64,000 bases of DNA, from positions 60,636,001-60,700,000 of the forward strand of contig OX597825.1 in NCBI GenBank assembly GCA_951406725.2. The letters are read 5' to 3'. Each line of letters opens with the position of its first letter. Positions within the stretch are counted from its first letter, which is position 1. The stretch is from Octopus vulgaris (taxonomy: Eukaryota). Below the pieces are notes generated by a model, which searched no databases, was not told the origin of the DNA, and was given only the letters and a program-made list of their open reading frames with translations. Both the position numbers and the translations under genes were made by a program. Below, one piece after another: positions 11,876 to 23,486 of this stretch.

Positions 11876-14850
11876 GATGGCCGGTCCCTCGTTATCGAGT
11901 ATGGCCATTGCACGAATCTTAACTGTTAACTGTGCTGTGATCGAATGTGACTTTTTAGCCCAGTTAAAGATCTACAATGTCTTGGCTAGGATTGGCAGCT
12001 GAAACCATTATCTGCAATAGCCGGCTGTAATTGCAATTGGGCGTAATATACCTTTGCATGTCATTCAAGTCCTCCCACTGAATCACACACCTTTCCGCAT
12101 GCCCGACAGATATGATTAGTATGGTGTGTAGCACCACCACCAGCGGCCTGGTCGTCAATCATCGGTCTCGCTTTATAACTACGAAGACGACACATGAGCC
12201 CAGCTTTACTGAGGCATGGTTTTCCATAGACACTGCATGTCAACATCATAGGAAGACCCTTACCGTCAGGAAGTGCAACAGCGATGCCATCCCGGACATC
12301 CCTCCTTATTTTCTCATGCGTAACACGAGATTTCTCAAAAGTAGCTGTACTCTCATGCACTATCATTTTCCACCTGCTACGGTCAATAGCTATGTCCTCC
12401 GATGTATCAGGAGAGATGCAAGGATCTCTTAAGGAAGCCTTCAGCAAGTCCTTATACCTCTTTTTTTGGTTTATGTGGGGGTCGTTCTCCTTCAGCTAAC
12501 TCTCCATAAAAGAGTTATTTTGGCATCCTTGAATCTTTCATCCTGACCAGATGACCACTCCATCTGAGCCTTTGCTTCAACACAAGAATTTCTATACTTT
12601 TACACAGAGAGCCTTCCAATATCTGAAGATCACTGATGCGGTCCTCCCAATTAATGCCATAGATCCGTCTGAAACACATCTGATGGAAACATTCCAGCTG
12701 TTTAAGGTGGTATCGATATGTGAACCAGGTCTTGCAAGCATAGAGAATAGAAGAGAGCACACACGCCTTGTACACCTTTATCTTTGCCTTCTTGCATATG
12801 TTTCGCTGACTCCAGAGGCGCCTTACTTTCCTAATTCTGTATGGATTTTTACCGTCCAAATTGCTATATCTATTAACAGTGCTTCCCAGGTAGTGAAACT
12901 GATCAACTACACCAAGTCGTTTATCATACACATAGATATTTGGTTCATTATACTGCTTACTAGGGGCAGGTTGGTACATGACAACAGTTTTCTTGAGACT
13001 GACCGTCAATCCTAAGGCAGTACAATCATTGTAGAATGCATTCAAAATGTGTTGCATATCAATCTCTGTGTGCGCAACTAGCTCACTATCATCTGTATAC
13101 AAAAGGTCTCATATGATAGAGGTGAATACCTTTGCTTTTGCAACAAAGCGCCTGATACTGAACATGCTGCCAGAGGTTTGATAAGGGATGTAAACACCAT
13201 ATCTGCAATTTCTGGACGCAATACAGGAAACCATCGCAAAATATATGGCATATAGGGTCGGTGCCAGAATATTTCCCTGTTTCACTCGATTTTTTATTGA
13301 GATGGGCTCCGACATTTCACCTCTAACATTAACCCTACCCTTCATGTCTTCATGATAAGACCAAAGCAAGGAACTCTTCAGGACAACCAAGTTTCTGGAG
13401 GGCTTCCACAGTGCATTTCTATTAAAGGTATCAAAAGCTTTTTGTCAGATCGATAAAAACCTGATGTAAATACGGACCCTGTTCCACACACTAATCCTGA
13501 AGCTGTCTAGCTGAGAAGATCGCATCAGCAGTGCCGCGTCTCACAATAATGCCAGATTGACGTTCTGGAAGAACACAATCTGCAACGTGTTTCAGCAGAC
13601 GATCCAGAAGTACCCTGCATAAAACCTTTCCTACGATAGAAATCAATGATATTGCCATATAGTTACCACTATCAATCCTTATATAAGACCACGATTACTG
13701 TACCTCTCCAGTCCTCAGGTACAGATTCACTAGCCCATACCCTACCAAACAAAGAGAGAAATTGCTGCAGAAGTTTCTCATTGCCATGCTGTAACAACTC
13801 CACATGTAAGCCATCCATACCCGGAGAGCTCCCATTATTCATCCTTGAGACAGCCGCCGCAAATTCTTCCAGCATTGCTGGTTCCGCGAGAGCGGCCGTC
13901 ACAGGTAACACAGGGATGAGATTGAGAATATTGAGAATATCCTCACGAACTACAGACTGCTGATTCAAAAGTTCATCAAAGTGTTCTAGCCACCTTCGCA
14001 GAATTCTTTGTGAATCACGAAGAAGTTCTTTACTATCCCTGCTTCGAAGTGGTGTCGTCAGAGAAGTCGGTCAATAATCTTCTCGCAAGAGACCATACAA
14101 CAGCTTTGTTTTATTGGAATCCGACGCCGCCTGTATCTCATCAGCCTTCTTACTCTGCCACATATCCCTCATCTGAGAGAGCCTCCGCCTCACACGGGAT
14201 TTCACATCCTTGAGTACCCTATGCGACACACCTCTCTCCTGTGACTTTGCTGACAAGTAACCTGACTAAGTACGTCTTTTATCAGCCAATAAATCATTTA
14301 TATGTTCATCATATTCTTTAAACCAATCTTGATGCTTTCTTTGCATCAATCCCAGAACTTTCCTGCCAATATCGTAAACTGACTTTTTAAGGGTCGGCCA
14401 ATCCTCACCAATAACTGCAACACATTTCCTCTCGTAAAGGTCTCTTCACCCTATTACACCGTAGATAAGCAGCATTCAGTATTTTAGGCAGGGTAATACC
14501 TGCAGCCTTAATATTTTACGTTTTGTGATTAATTTCACTTTTGAACATACCAGGCGGTGGCCAATCCAACACTCAGCCCCACGAAGAACACGAACACACT
14601 GCACATCAGTCACGCACCCTAACAAGGATTTAATCCAGAATATGCCATTCTTTAGATGCAGGGTGCATCCATGTGGTCTGAAACTTATATTGAAACATGG
14701 TATTGGTAACACACAGACGCAGCTACTGGTACATCATTGATTGTTTTGCTTCTTAAGGCTACAGCCAGCCATTCAGTTGAGACTCATAGCACTATCAACA
14801 ATCATGCATACCAGCTTCCCCTCCCCATGTCACGGATGTTATCCAAGAGA
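11876..14850 (-). mobile_element. 5'-truncated, frameshifted RTE-clade LINE (endonuclease C-terminus, RT, C-terminal C2H2 motifs)
   Basis: Fragments TWMHP..W, GAECWIGHRLV, SPGMDGLHVE, VPEDWRGTVIVVLYK, VKQGNILAPTLY, MYTDD, FHYLGS and QRLRWSGHLVRMKDSRMPK. The 3' end ggccatactcgataacgagggaccggccatcat is followed by (GTAT)n. Confidence 0.92.
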
Positions 14851-14869
14851 AAAGCAAACACCAATACTG

Positions 14870-14955
14870 CTCGGTACCAGTGATACCGCAATTAATTTCT
14901 GCAGTTGTGTGAACTGCAACAACGTGAAATAAAGTGTTTTAACCAGGAGCACACA
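14870..14955 (-). mobile_element. SINE central-domain fragment
   Basis: Reverse strand aaaacactttatttcacgttgttgcagttcacacaactgcagaaat resembles the body of 33935-34210. Confidence 0.5.
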
Positions 14956-14974
14956 CATACACATATATACATAG

Positions 14975-15363
14975 ATACATGGAAGCACTCCGTCGGTTCC
15001 GACGACGAGGGTTCCGGTTGATCCGATCAACGGAACATCCTGCTCGTGAAATTAACGTGTAAGTGGCTGAGCACTCCACAGACACGTGTACCCTTAACGT
15101 AGTTCTCGGGGATATTCAGCGTGACACAGAGAGTGACAAGGCCGGCCCTTTGAAATACAGGTACAACAGAAACAGGAAGAAAGAGTGAGAGAAAGTTGTG
15201 GTGAAAGAGTACAGCAGGGATCACCACTATCCCTGCCGGAGTCTCGTGGAGCTTTTAGGTGTTTTCGCTCGATTAAACACTCACAAGACCCGGTCTGGGA
15301 ATCGAAACCGCGATCCTACGACCGCGAGTCCGCTGCCCTAACCACTGGGCCATTGCGCCTCGA
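14975..15363 (-). mobile_element. SINE family C, tail type 2
   Basis: Head gaggcgcaatggcccagtggttagggcagcggactcgcgg...gtttcgattccc, the shared body, then tail tgtacctgtatttcaaagggccggccttgtcac...ccctcgtcgtcggaaccgacggagtgc. Confidence 0.9.
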
Positions 15364-15756
15364 CGTAGATACATAGCTATATAGTGAATTGTCAGTAGAG
15401 TTAGAGTCCCAGTTAGATTGATTTGTAACAATAACAGTGACTGGCTGCAACTTGGGTTCAAATAACGCCGCTCGTAATTTAGCTATGATATTTTATATTG
15501 TTTCTTCTCATTCAGTACAATACTAATCCTGCGCTGGCAAAGATAGATTCTACATTCTCAGGGATGTATCTCTATTATCTTTCTCTAACCTTCACTCTTC
15601 TTGTTTGAGCGGATGTCTTTCTGGAAGGGAACTGTTGTGGGTGTGTCTGTGGAAGGAGAGTATTCCACGTCTAAAAGTGCACTTGGCATGCTACAATCAT
15701 GACTAGCTCCTATGATCTAATCAGGAGCTGGGAGGCTATGTCACGGCATATATGTG

Positions 15757-15794
<38 letters not shown>

Positions 15795-15909
15795 GAAATC
15801 ATCAATACTGTGAACTCTGTAAGTTGTAAACATGGCTAGCTGCAACAGACAATGGAAACTACGAAGCCGTGGTCAGCGGAAGTGAAGTAGTCATTTTTAC
15901 TGCGTCCGC

Positions 15910-16030
15910 TTGACTGAAGTCATTTCCGCATCATTGAACAAGACTTCAGGCTCAATTCACACGGCTATGTGAAGCTTCTGGAGACTGTGGTCGATGCTTC
16001 GTGGGAGAAATTTACTGCTGGAAGTTCATA
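15910..16030 (+). mobile_element. Short Tc1/mariner-superfamily transposase remnant (DD37D/maT-like)
   Basis: Translates PHIIEQDFRLNSHGYVKLLETVVDASWEKFTAGSSY. From recall this resembles the segment preceding the QQDxAPxH motif. Confidence 0.55.
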
Positions 16031-17395
16031 CACACACTCACACACACAAACACCCCACACATCCACACACTCACACCCACACACGATCTTGTATTTTTGT
16101 CCGTGTGTTTGTGCTTCGATCTCTGTATGTGGCTTGTGGTTATACCATGCGATTTTAAAAGCATATGTTTGAAAACCAGAATGCGCATTTCTTTGATCTT
16201 GATCCAAGTGTCAGTTCAAACATAAAAAGGAAAACGAAAGAATAAGAAAAAAAAATTAAGCTATGAATGTATAAAATAAAACAGAACGAAGATTACTCCG
16301 TTTGCCACGAAGATCAAGTATTTTTTCCTTGCTGCCTCAAGAGGGCACTGCATTATATCTGTCAAATAAATCATGACAATTCAACAAGAGGTTAATTAAT
16401 TTGCCTAAAGAGATAAAGAGACTCATGCTGTCTTATCCAAATGAATCCGATGGCATATCAAAGCAGTGTGTCTGTTGCTATATCTCACGATAATTTATCT
16501 CTCAATCTACGCATTTCTCCCAATCTCCTCTTTAAATTGTGCGTACGTTTGGATGTTACAAATTCTGTGTGTGGGTTACAAATCCTGCGCAGGTGCATGT
16601 GTAGATGCGTGCGTGCCTGCTTGCGTGTGTATCTGTTTATTTTTATATGTTTGTGTATGAACTTCGTTTGTGCACTCTAAGTTCAAGACCTATCGTGGTT
16701 CCAACTGTGTATCTAATTTTAAAATTTCTCTAAAAAAATTGCAAATACGCAAGAATTAACTCGAATATCATCATCATCATCATCACCATCATAATCTCTA
16801 TTATCATCATCACCGTAATCGTCGCCGTTGTAGTTCTAACGTACAGATGTCCGTCAAAACTGTTTTACAAAAATTTCGATTTTGCTCCTCTTTCTTTGTA
16901 ATAAAGAATAGTTACAGGACATGTAGAAGACTACCCCATTAACAGGAGTAAAAAAGAGCCCAGCCATTCATACATTTATTTCTTCATATGCTTTGTTTAC
17001 TAGTTGTTTATTTTATAATATATTCACGAGACTATTTTACTTCTTTTTATCCCTTCCTATTTTTGTTAACATTAAAGAAAACCAATTTCTTCAACTTAAG
17101 ATGTAGTACCTAAATTGTTATGAAACAACATAACATTGTTATGCTGACCATTATCAAACTAATTTTATCTAACCTCGGTCTTCATTGCCTTGCATATATA
17201 AAAATAAATTTTATTTTTTTAAAAATATTGTTGTACTACATAACGCGTGGCATGCATGTTAATACAAACAGGTAAACATAATCTATTATACACATTAACT
17301 ATTATTGCATAAAGAATGTTGCAAAACGGTCGTAATCCTAAGGATTTCAAATGGTCAAATGAATGTTAAACTCTCATACATCTTTACTTTTTATG

Positions 17396-17476
<81 letters not shown>

Positions 17477-17559
17477 GACAGATAAACAGATATAGATATA
17501 TATATTGATATATATATATATGTACACATACATAAACACACATACATATATATTGTATA

Positions 17560-17969
17560 TAGGCACAGTAGTGGCTGTGTGGTAAGTAGGTTGCTTACCA
17601 ACCACATGGTTCCACATTCCGTTCCACTGCGTGGCACATTGGGCAACTGTTTTCTAATATAGCATCGGGCCGACGAAAGCCTCGTGAGTGGATTTGGTAG
17701 ACGGAAACTGAAGGAAGCCCGTCGTATATTTATATATATATACATGTATATATATATATGTGTGTGAGTGTGTGTGTGTGTTTGTGTACGCGTGTGCTGG
17801 TATGTTTACCTCCCCGTTACTTAGCGGTTCGGCAAAAGACACCGATAGAATAAGTACTGGGCTTAGAAAGAATAAGTCCTGGGGCGATTTCTTCGACTAA
17901 AGGCGGTGCCCCAGAATGGCCGCAGTCAAATGACTGAAACTAGTAAAAGAATAAATGAATAAAAGAATA
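17560..17969 (+). mobile_element. SINE family A
   Basis: agtggctgtgtggtaagtaggttgcttaccaacc...ggccgcagtcaaatgactgaaactagtaaaagaata. Confidence 0.9.
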
Positions 17970-18353
17970 TAGTCAATTCAAATAAACGAATAAAAACGGA
18001 CAACATGATGACATGCACACGCACGCACACATATGATTAATGAGACCGAATATAGAAGATACGAGAATGTTTATTAATCACTAGAATTGTTTTGATTACT
18101 CATCGCATCGATCACTCATGGTTAAGATACTTAACTGGTTTAGGAGAACGCGACGGTGTAGATGTGTCTCCACTTTCATTGTAAGAAAGAATAGCTATAG
18201 GACTTGTGGAAGTATTCCTCATTAAGAGGGTTAGAAAAAACACGCCATTCATATATTTATTTCTCCAGATGTCTTGCTTCCATGATTTCTTATTTCCTTA
18301 ATATCCACTATAACTACTTTACACATCTGTGAGCATGTGTATATATGTATGTA

Positions 18354-19379
18354 TCATGTCATCCCATAAGTTCTGACCGATTTTACCTTTTTTAAAATTG
18401 AATGAAATTTAATTGTATTTTAGAATCTCTAATTGAATTAAAAATTATTTTTATCCATCTGTGTACATTTTTGCACAGTTAAATATCATTTTACAGAATA
18501 ATAGAATTAAAATTTCTTTGATTAAAACCCTTTCTAGCATAAAACTATTTGAGGCACATAATGCTTTATGAGTACAAAAAGGACATTCTGCTGCCGAATC
18601 GACACGAAACATACACTCAGTTTATGGGAAAGAATGCTTAAATGAATGAACTTACAGAAGATGGTTTGCAAAATTCAGAAGTGGAGATTTCAGCCTTGAA
18701 GATGAAGATCGAACAAGACGTCTAGTTGGGTCTGATGATAAGCTCCTTGAGGCATTACTTGAAGAAAATCCTGCATAATCAGTTGAAGAATTGGCAATAA
18801 AGCTTAGTTCAAACCATACAACTGTTCATCGTCATCTTCAACAAATTGGAGAGCTTCCTAAACATGTAAAATGGCTACCTCATGAATTGTCCGAAAGCAA
18901 CCGCAAATCCCGAGTTGGCAACTGCTCTTCTCTCCATTCTCGCGAACACATTTCACCTTTTATGGATAGACTTCTGACTGGTGACGAAAAATGAATAAAA
19001 AAGGAGTGATGTTTCATCAGCAGAATGCGCCACCCCACACTACAAAGGTCACATTACAGAAGATCGAAGAGCTTGGTTGGGAAAAATTCCTCATTCACCT
19101 TATTTTCCCACACTTGCTCCTTCAGACTACTACTTGTTCCATAGTTTACAGAATCATTTGGGGAACATAACTTTCGCAAGCCAGGAGGAGGTCGAAACTG
19201 ATATTTCATAGTTCTTCGCTTTAAAACCAAAACAGTTTTACATTGATGGGTTTTAGAAGCTTGTAAATAGATGGAAGGAAGTCATAGATAATCAGTTAAA
19301 GTACATTGGTGATTAAATTTCAATTAAATTTAACATTCGGTCACTTGTTTTCTTTAGTCAAAATTATGGGATGACTTGA
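18354..19379 (+). mobile_element. Internally deleted mariner transposon
   Basis: TIRs tcatgtcatcccataagtt / aattatgggatgacttga with TA flanks. Remnants WFAKFRSGDFSLEDEDR, KWLPHELSE, LLTGDEK, QQNAPPH and LAPSDYYLF. The middle of the catalytic domain is deleted. Confidence 0.9.
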
Positions 19380-19423
19380 TATATATGTATGGATATATAT
19401 GTGCGCGCGTGTGTGTGTATATG

Positions 19424-19501
<78 letters not shown>

Positions 19502-19608
19502 TATACACATACGTATATGTATGTACATACATATATATATATGTACATACATATATAATACGTATATGTATGTACATACATATATATATATGTACATACA
19601 TATATATA

Positions 19609-19652
<44 letters not shown>
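19380..19652. repeat. (TA)n/(TACA)n microsatellite
   Basis: Directly visible. Confidence 0.95.
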
Positions 19653-19659
<7 letters not shown>

Positions 19660-19756
19660 TTAAAAAAGGAAAATACGCACACTTACATAGTTTTAATATT
19701 TTAATATAATTTTTAATATATCGACCGGTTTCGCTATCGCTATTCACAACATTATA

Positions 19757-19975
19757 CTCTCTTTACTCTTTACTCTTTTACTTGTTTCAGTCATTTGACT
19801 GCGGCCATGCTGGAGCACCGCTTTTAATCGAGCAACTCGACCCCGGGACTTATTCTTTTGTAAGCCCAGTACTTATTCTGTCGGTCTCTTTTGCCGAACC
19901 GCTAAGTAACGGGAACATAAACACACCAGCATCGGTTGTCAAGCAATGCAAGGGGGACAAACACAGACACACACG

Positions 19976-20047
<72 letters not shown>

Positions 20048-20212
20048 TACGACGGGCTTCTTTTATTTTCCGTCTACCAAATCCACTCACAAGGCTTTGG
20101 TTGGCCCGAGGCTATAGTAGAAGACACTTGCCCAAGGTGCCACGTAGTGGGACTGAACCCGCGACCATGTGGTTGGTAAACAAGCTACTTACCACACAGC
20201 CACTCCTGCGCC
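19757..20212 (-). mobile_element. SINE family A, long internal (TA)n
   Basis: Near-consensus copy with tail (gagtaaa)n. Confidence 0.9.
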
Positions 20213-20399
20213 TGTTTTACTTATTTGAATATGTATTTTTTCTTAAGAAGAAATTTTGTCCCTGTTGTGTGAGATGAAATTCATGAGTGAATTTCATCAC
20301 GCACAACATGGACAAAATTATATACATTACAACTCACAACGTGGGGATAATTGAAATTCCTCTTTTCCATATATATATATACACACATACATATATACA

Positions 20400-20988
20400 G
20401 CTCTCGTGTCTATATGTTGGCTCACCCCATTCCTGATTTCCAAAACTGGCGTCGGCGCAGTCTTTCAACAAATCTACCAGGGCGAATGGCAATTTCTGGC
20501 GTTTTTCTCTTACCAGTTAAACCCAGCTGAAACTAAATATTGTACGTTCAGTCATGAACTGTTAGCTTTTTTACCTCTCGGTTAAACACTTCCAACACAT
20601 TTTGGAAAGGAGAAACTTGTCAATATTTACGCACCATAAGCCGTTATCTTTCGCTTTACACTGTAAGCCAGATAAATTTTCTCCGAGTGACATTCAACAT
20701 GTGGATTACATTTCACAATTCACGAGTGATATACGATACATTCTAGGTTCTGAGAACATTGTTGCAGATTTTTTACCCCGTTTACCTGTCAACGCGTTAT
20801 TTTCAACTGCAGAAATTAACTTGGACGAAATGTCTGAAGAAAAAATTATTTCCCCCCCACCCCATACATACAACACCCACACATCATTACAAACGCGTCT
20901 TTTATACTCAACTTCACAAACTCTGACTACCAAAAGCGGTAGACATGTGCAATGGCCCAAGAATTTAACAAACATTTATTACATTTGA
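20400..20988 (+). pseudogene. Ty3/Gypsy pol remnant (RNase H fused by deletion to the integrase C-terminal tail)
   Basis: GVGAVFQQ..GEWQFLAFFSYQLNPAETKYCTFSHELLA, FTHHKPL, YISQFTSDIRYILGSENIVADFL, then TTKSGRHVQWP. Confidence 0.85.
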
Positions 20989-21080
20989 ACTGTGATATTA
21001 TTTCTACGTTTTGACATTTTATGATGTATACAGTTTTGTCATTTCCATTATTGTATACTGCTACCTCTGCCTGGGCTGTG

Positions 21081-21586
21081 TGTAGTGATCTAGGTAGCTA
21101 GGTAGTTCAAAGATCTCTCTTGCAAGAGAGATCATAGAGTAACCTCCCTTCTCTAAGTTTCTCGAAGCATCTGTGTCATGAGACCTGATTCTTAATTATT
21201 CAAGAATCTTAGCGTTTCTCTTGGAATCTACTAGAATGTTTAGCGTTCCATCAATATAAAAGCAGATTCCTAACCCAGCTCTTCGCTTCTTAGTCGATTA
21301 GACTTAGAGCCATTCACGTCATTCCTATGTCGGTCTATTTCTCTACGCCATATGACTGAAAATCACCACTTAGCTGTTATTTCTACATTTTCTATCTCTG
21401 AACTTTCTTGTATAGATTACTTCATTCAATTAGATTCTACATTTTGATTCCCTGTATCATCATCGACCAGTAAATAAGATATATTTTTATGTAGTAAATA
21501 TATAGATCTTGAATTTATTCTTCATCTCTTTATAAACTACTGTAATAACATACACGCACCGATATCAACACCTTGTAATCACTATA
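21081..21586 (+). mobile_element. 3' LTR of the Gypsy remnant
   Basis: Begins tgtagtgat and ends atcactata (imperfect inverted ends). It lies about 90 bp after the pol stop, follows a degenerate G-rich PPT, and has a TATA-like tataaaag near 21255. Confidence 0.65.
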
Positions 21587-21721
21587 TATTTCTACTACAC
21601 ATATCTATGTATATATGTATGTATGTATATGTATGTATATATATAATAACAAAGGGTAAAATTAATTAATTAAGAAGTAATCAATAATTTCACCAAGTAG
21701 AATTTGGCACCTACTTATTAA

Positions 21722-21766
<45 letters not shown>

Positions 21767-21810
21767 AGAGTATTATATGTAAAATATAACGTGTCTTGAA
21801 TGGCACTACA

Positions 21811-21871
<61 letters not shown>

Positions 21872-21971
21872 ATATATATATGTATATATATATCTGTGTA
21901 TATATACATATATATGTATATATCTACATATATACATACATATATACATACACACACACACACACACACAC

Positions 21972-22008
<37 letters not shown>

Positions 22009-23049
22009 TACATACTCACGTGCGCTCACACAGGCACACACACTCATAATCTTACTTTGAATTATCAATTGATTCCGAAATTCATTTATATTTTATAGTC
22101 TTGATATCATTATGAATATCCTGTCCACAAATTTTCGGTACACCGAGGAATTCGCAAAATCGCTAATTACATATGGCAGTGAGTTAATATTGAGAGAATT
22201 ATAATTCGATGTACATGATAGTATAATTCAATTAAAATACAATTTACACTAGCAGATATCGAGATAGTTTTAATAAAATTAACTCAAGTTAGCAATAACA
22301 GCTACGCTGTCACATGTTGATTTATAAGATTTAATTTATTTGTTACAAGTTTCTGCTATCATCGTTGTCATATATCGGATGTAATTAGCTCTCCTCCGTA
22401 AGAAGCAATAAACAGAAAGCTATTTATATATATTCGTAATCTACGAGGTATTATTAGTATTACCGGGAAGACTGAATTGTTGTGTTACCTGTCCTACACA
22501 TGATGGTTGTGCGACATCTAACTCGCATACAATTTACAATTCTTCCAATGCGTGCACCTTTACGCGCAGTTACATATGTATGTATAACAACAAGATGGTT
22601 ATACATTAGATCCAAGAAAGAAATAAAACAGAATAGCTGTACTTATCCGCTACTCATTTTGCGAGACGATATTTACATTCAAGAGGGCAGTTGATAGGCA
22701 GAATCGTTGACTTTTCAGGGAAAATTTATAATGTTTATAATAGTCTATACTTGCGGTTCATTAGTTTCTAATTTCAAACTCTGTTCATGTGGAATTTGCC
22801 TTTCCTCCTACTTTTGTCAGTAAAGAATTACCAGTCAGTCGCTGTTATAAATGTAATCTGGTATATTGATTATTTCGATAGCGTAGTTGGTACGATATCT
22901 AAAACTCCTTAATTACAATAAAGAGTCCAGTAGACGTCTTTGAACAATACTCGCAAAATTACTTGAATTAAAGAATTCCCAAGCGAAGAATAATGCATGG
23001 ACAGCGTGAATAGGATAATATCCTTATATTGAAAAAAAAATGTGTCAGC

Positions 23050-23121
23050 GGCCAGCCATGAGGCTCCAATTCACATCTCCGTGATTACCGGTCAAGTGCT
23101 TTACCTATAAGCTAAACTCCC
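23050..23121 (-). pseudogene. tRNA-like pseudogene (Thr, GGT anticodon)
   Basis: Reverse strand gggagtt-ta-gctt-ataggta-aagc-a-cttga-ccggtaa-tcacg-gagat-gtgaa-ttggagc-ctcat-ggctggc folds as a cloverleaf with a degenerate T-loop. Confidence 0.65.
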
Positions 23122-23414
23122 TACTGAAAATATTATTTTTGCAATTTTTGAACTCATAAACTTAGCTTTTTTTTTATAAACGCTCTATGTGAAATTCAAA
23201 TTACGATATATATAAACAAAACTTGCTTTGTAGGAAGTCTTGAGATGTATTGAAATATACGGATATGGAGATAATTTATTCTCAAGAGCAGAATGATGCA
23301 TGAACAGTGTGAATAGAATACTATCCTTATATTGAATTTGAATTTCACATACAGAGTTTAAAATAAAAAAGCTAAGTTTATAAGTTCAAAAATTGCCCGA
23401 AAATATTGTCAGTA

Positions 23415-23486
23415 GGCAGTTTAGCTTATAGGTAAAGCACTTGACGGGTAATCACAGAGATGTGAATTGGAGCCTCTTGGCTGGCC
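23415..23486 (+). pseudogene. tRNA-like pseudogene (Thr, GGT anticodon)
   Basis: Perfect D-stem GCTT/AAGC, GGT at 23447-23449, acceptor ggcagtt/ggctggc, T-run at 23496-23500. The T-loop TTGGAGC is non-canonical. Confidence 0.65.

Noticed and set aside
9585-11929. Many ORFs rich in YI, CV, HT or poly-I/N/L here and throughout the window
   Set aside because: They are translations of TA, TG and ATT microsatellites, which lack stop codons in some frames. They are not genes.
12551-13015. 154 aa plus-strand ORF
   Set aside because: It is the antisense shadow of the RTE reverse transcriptase region.
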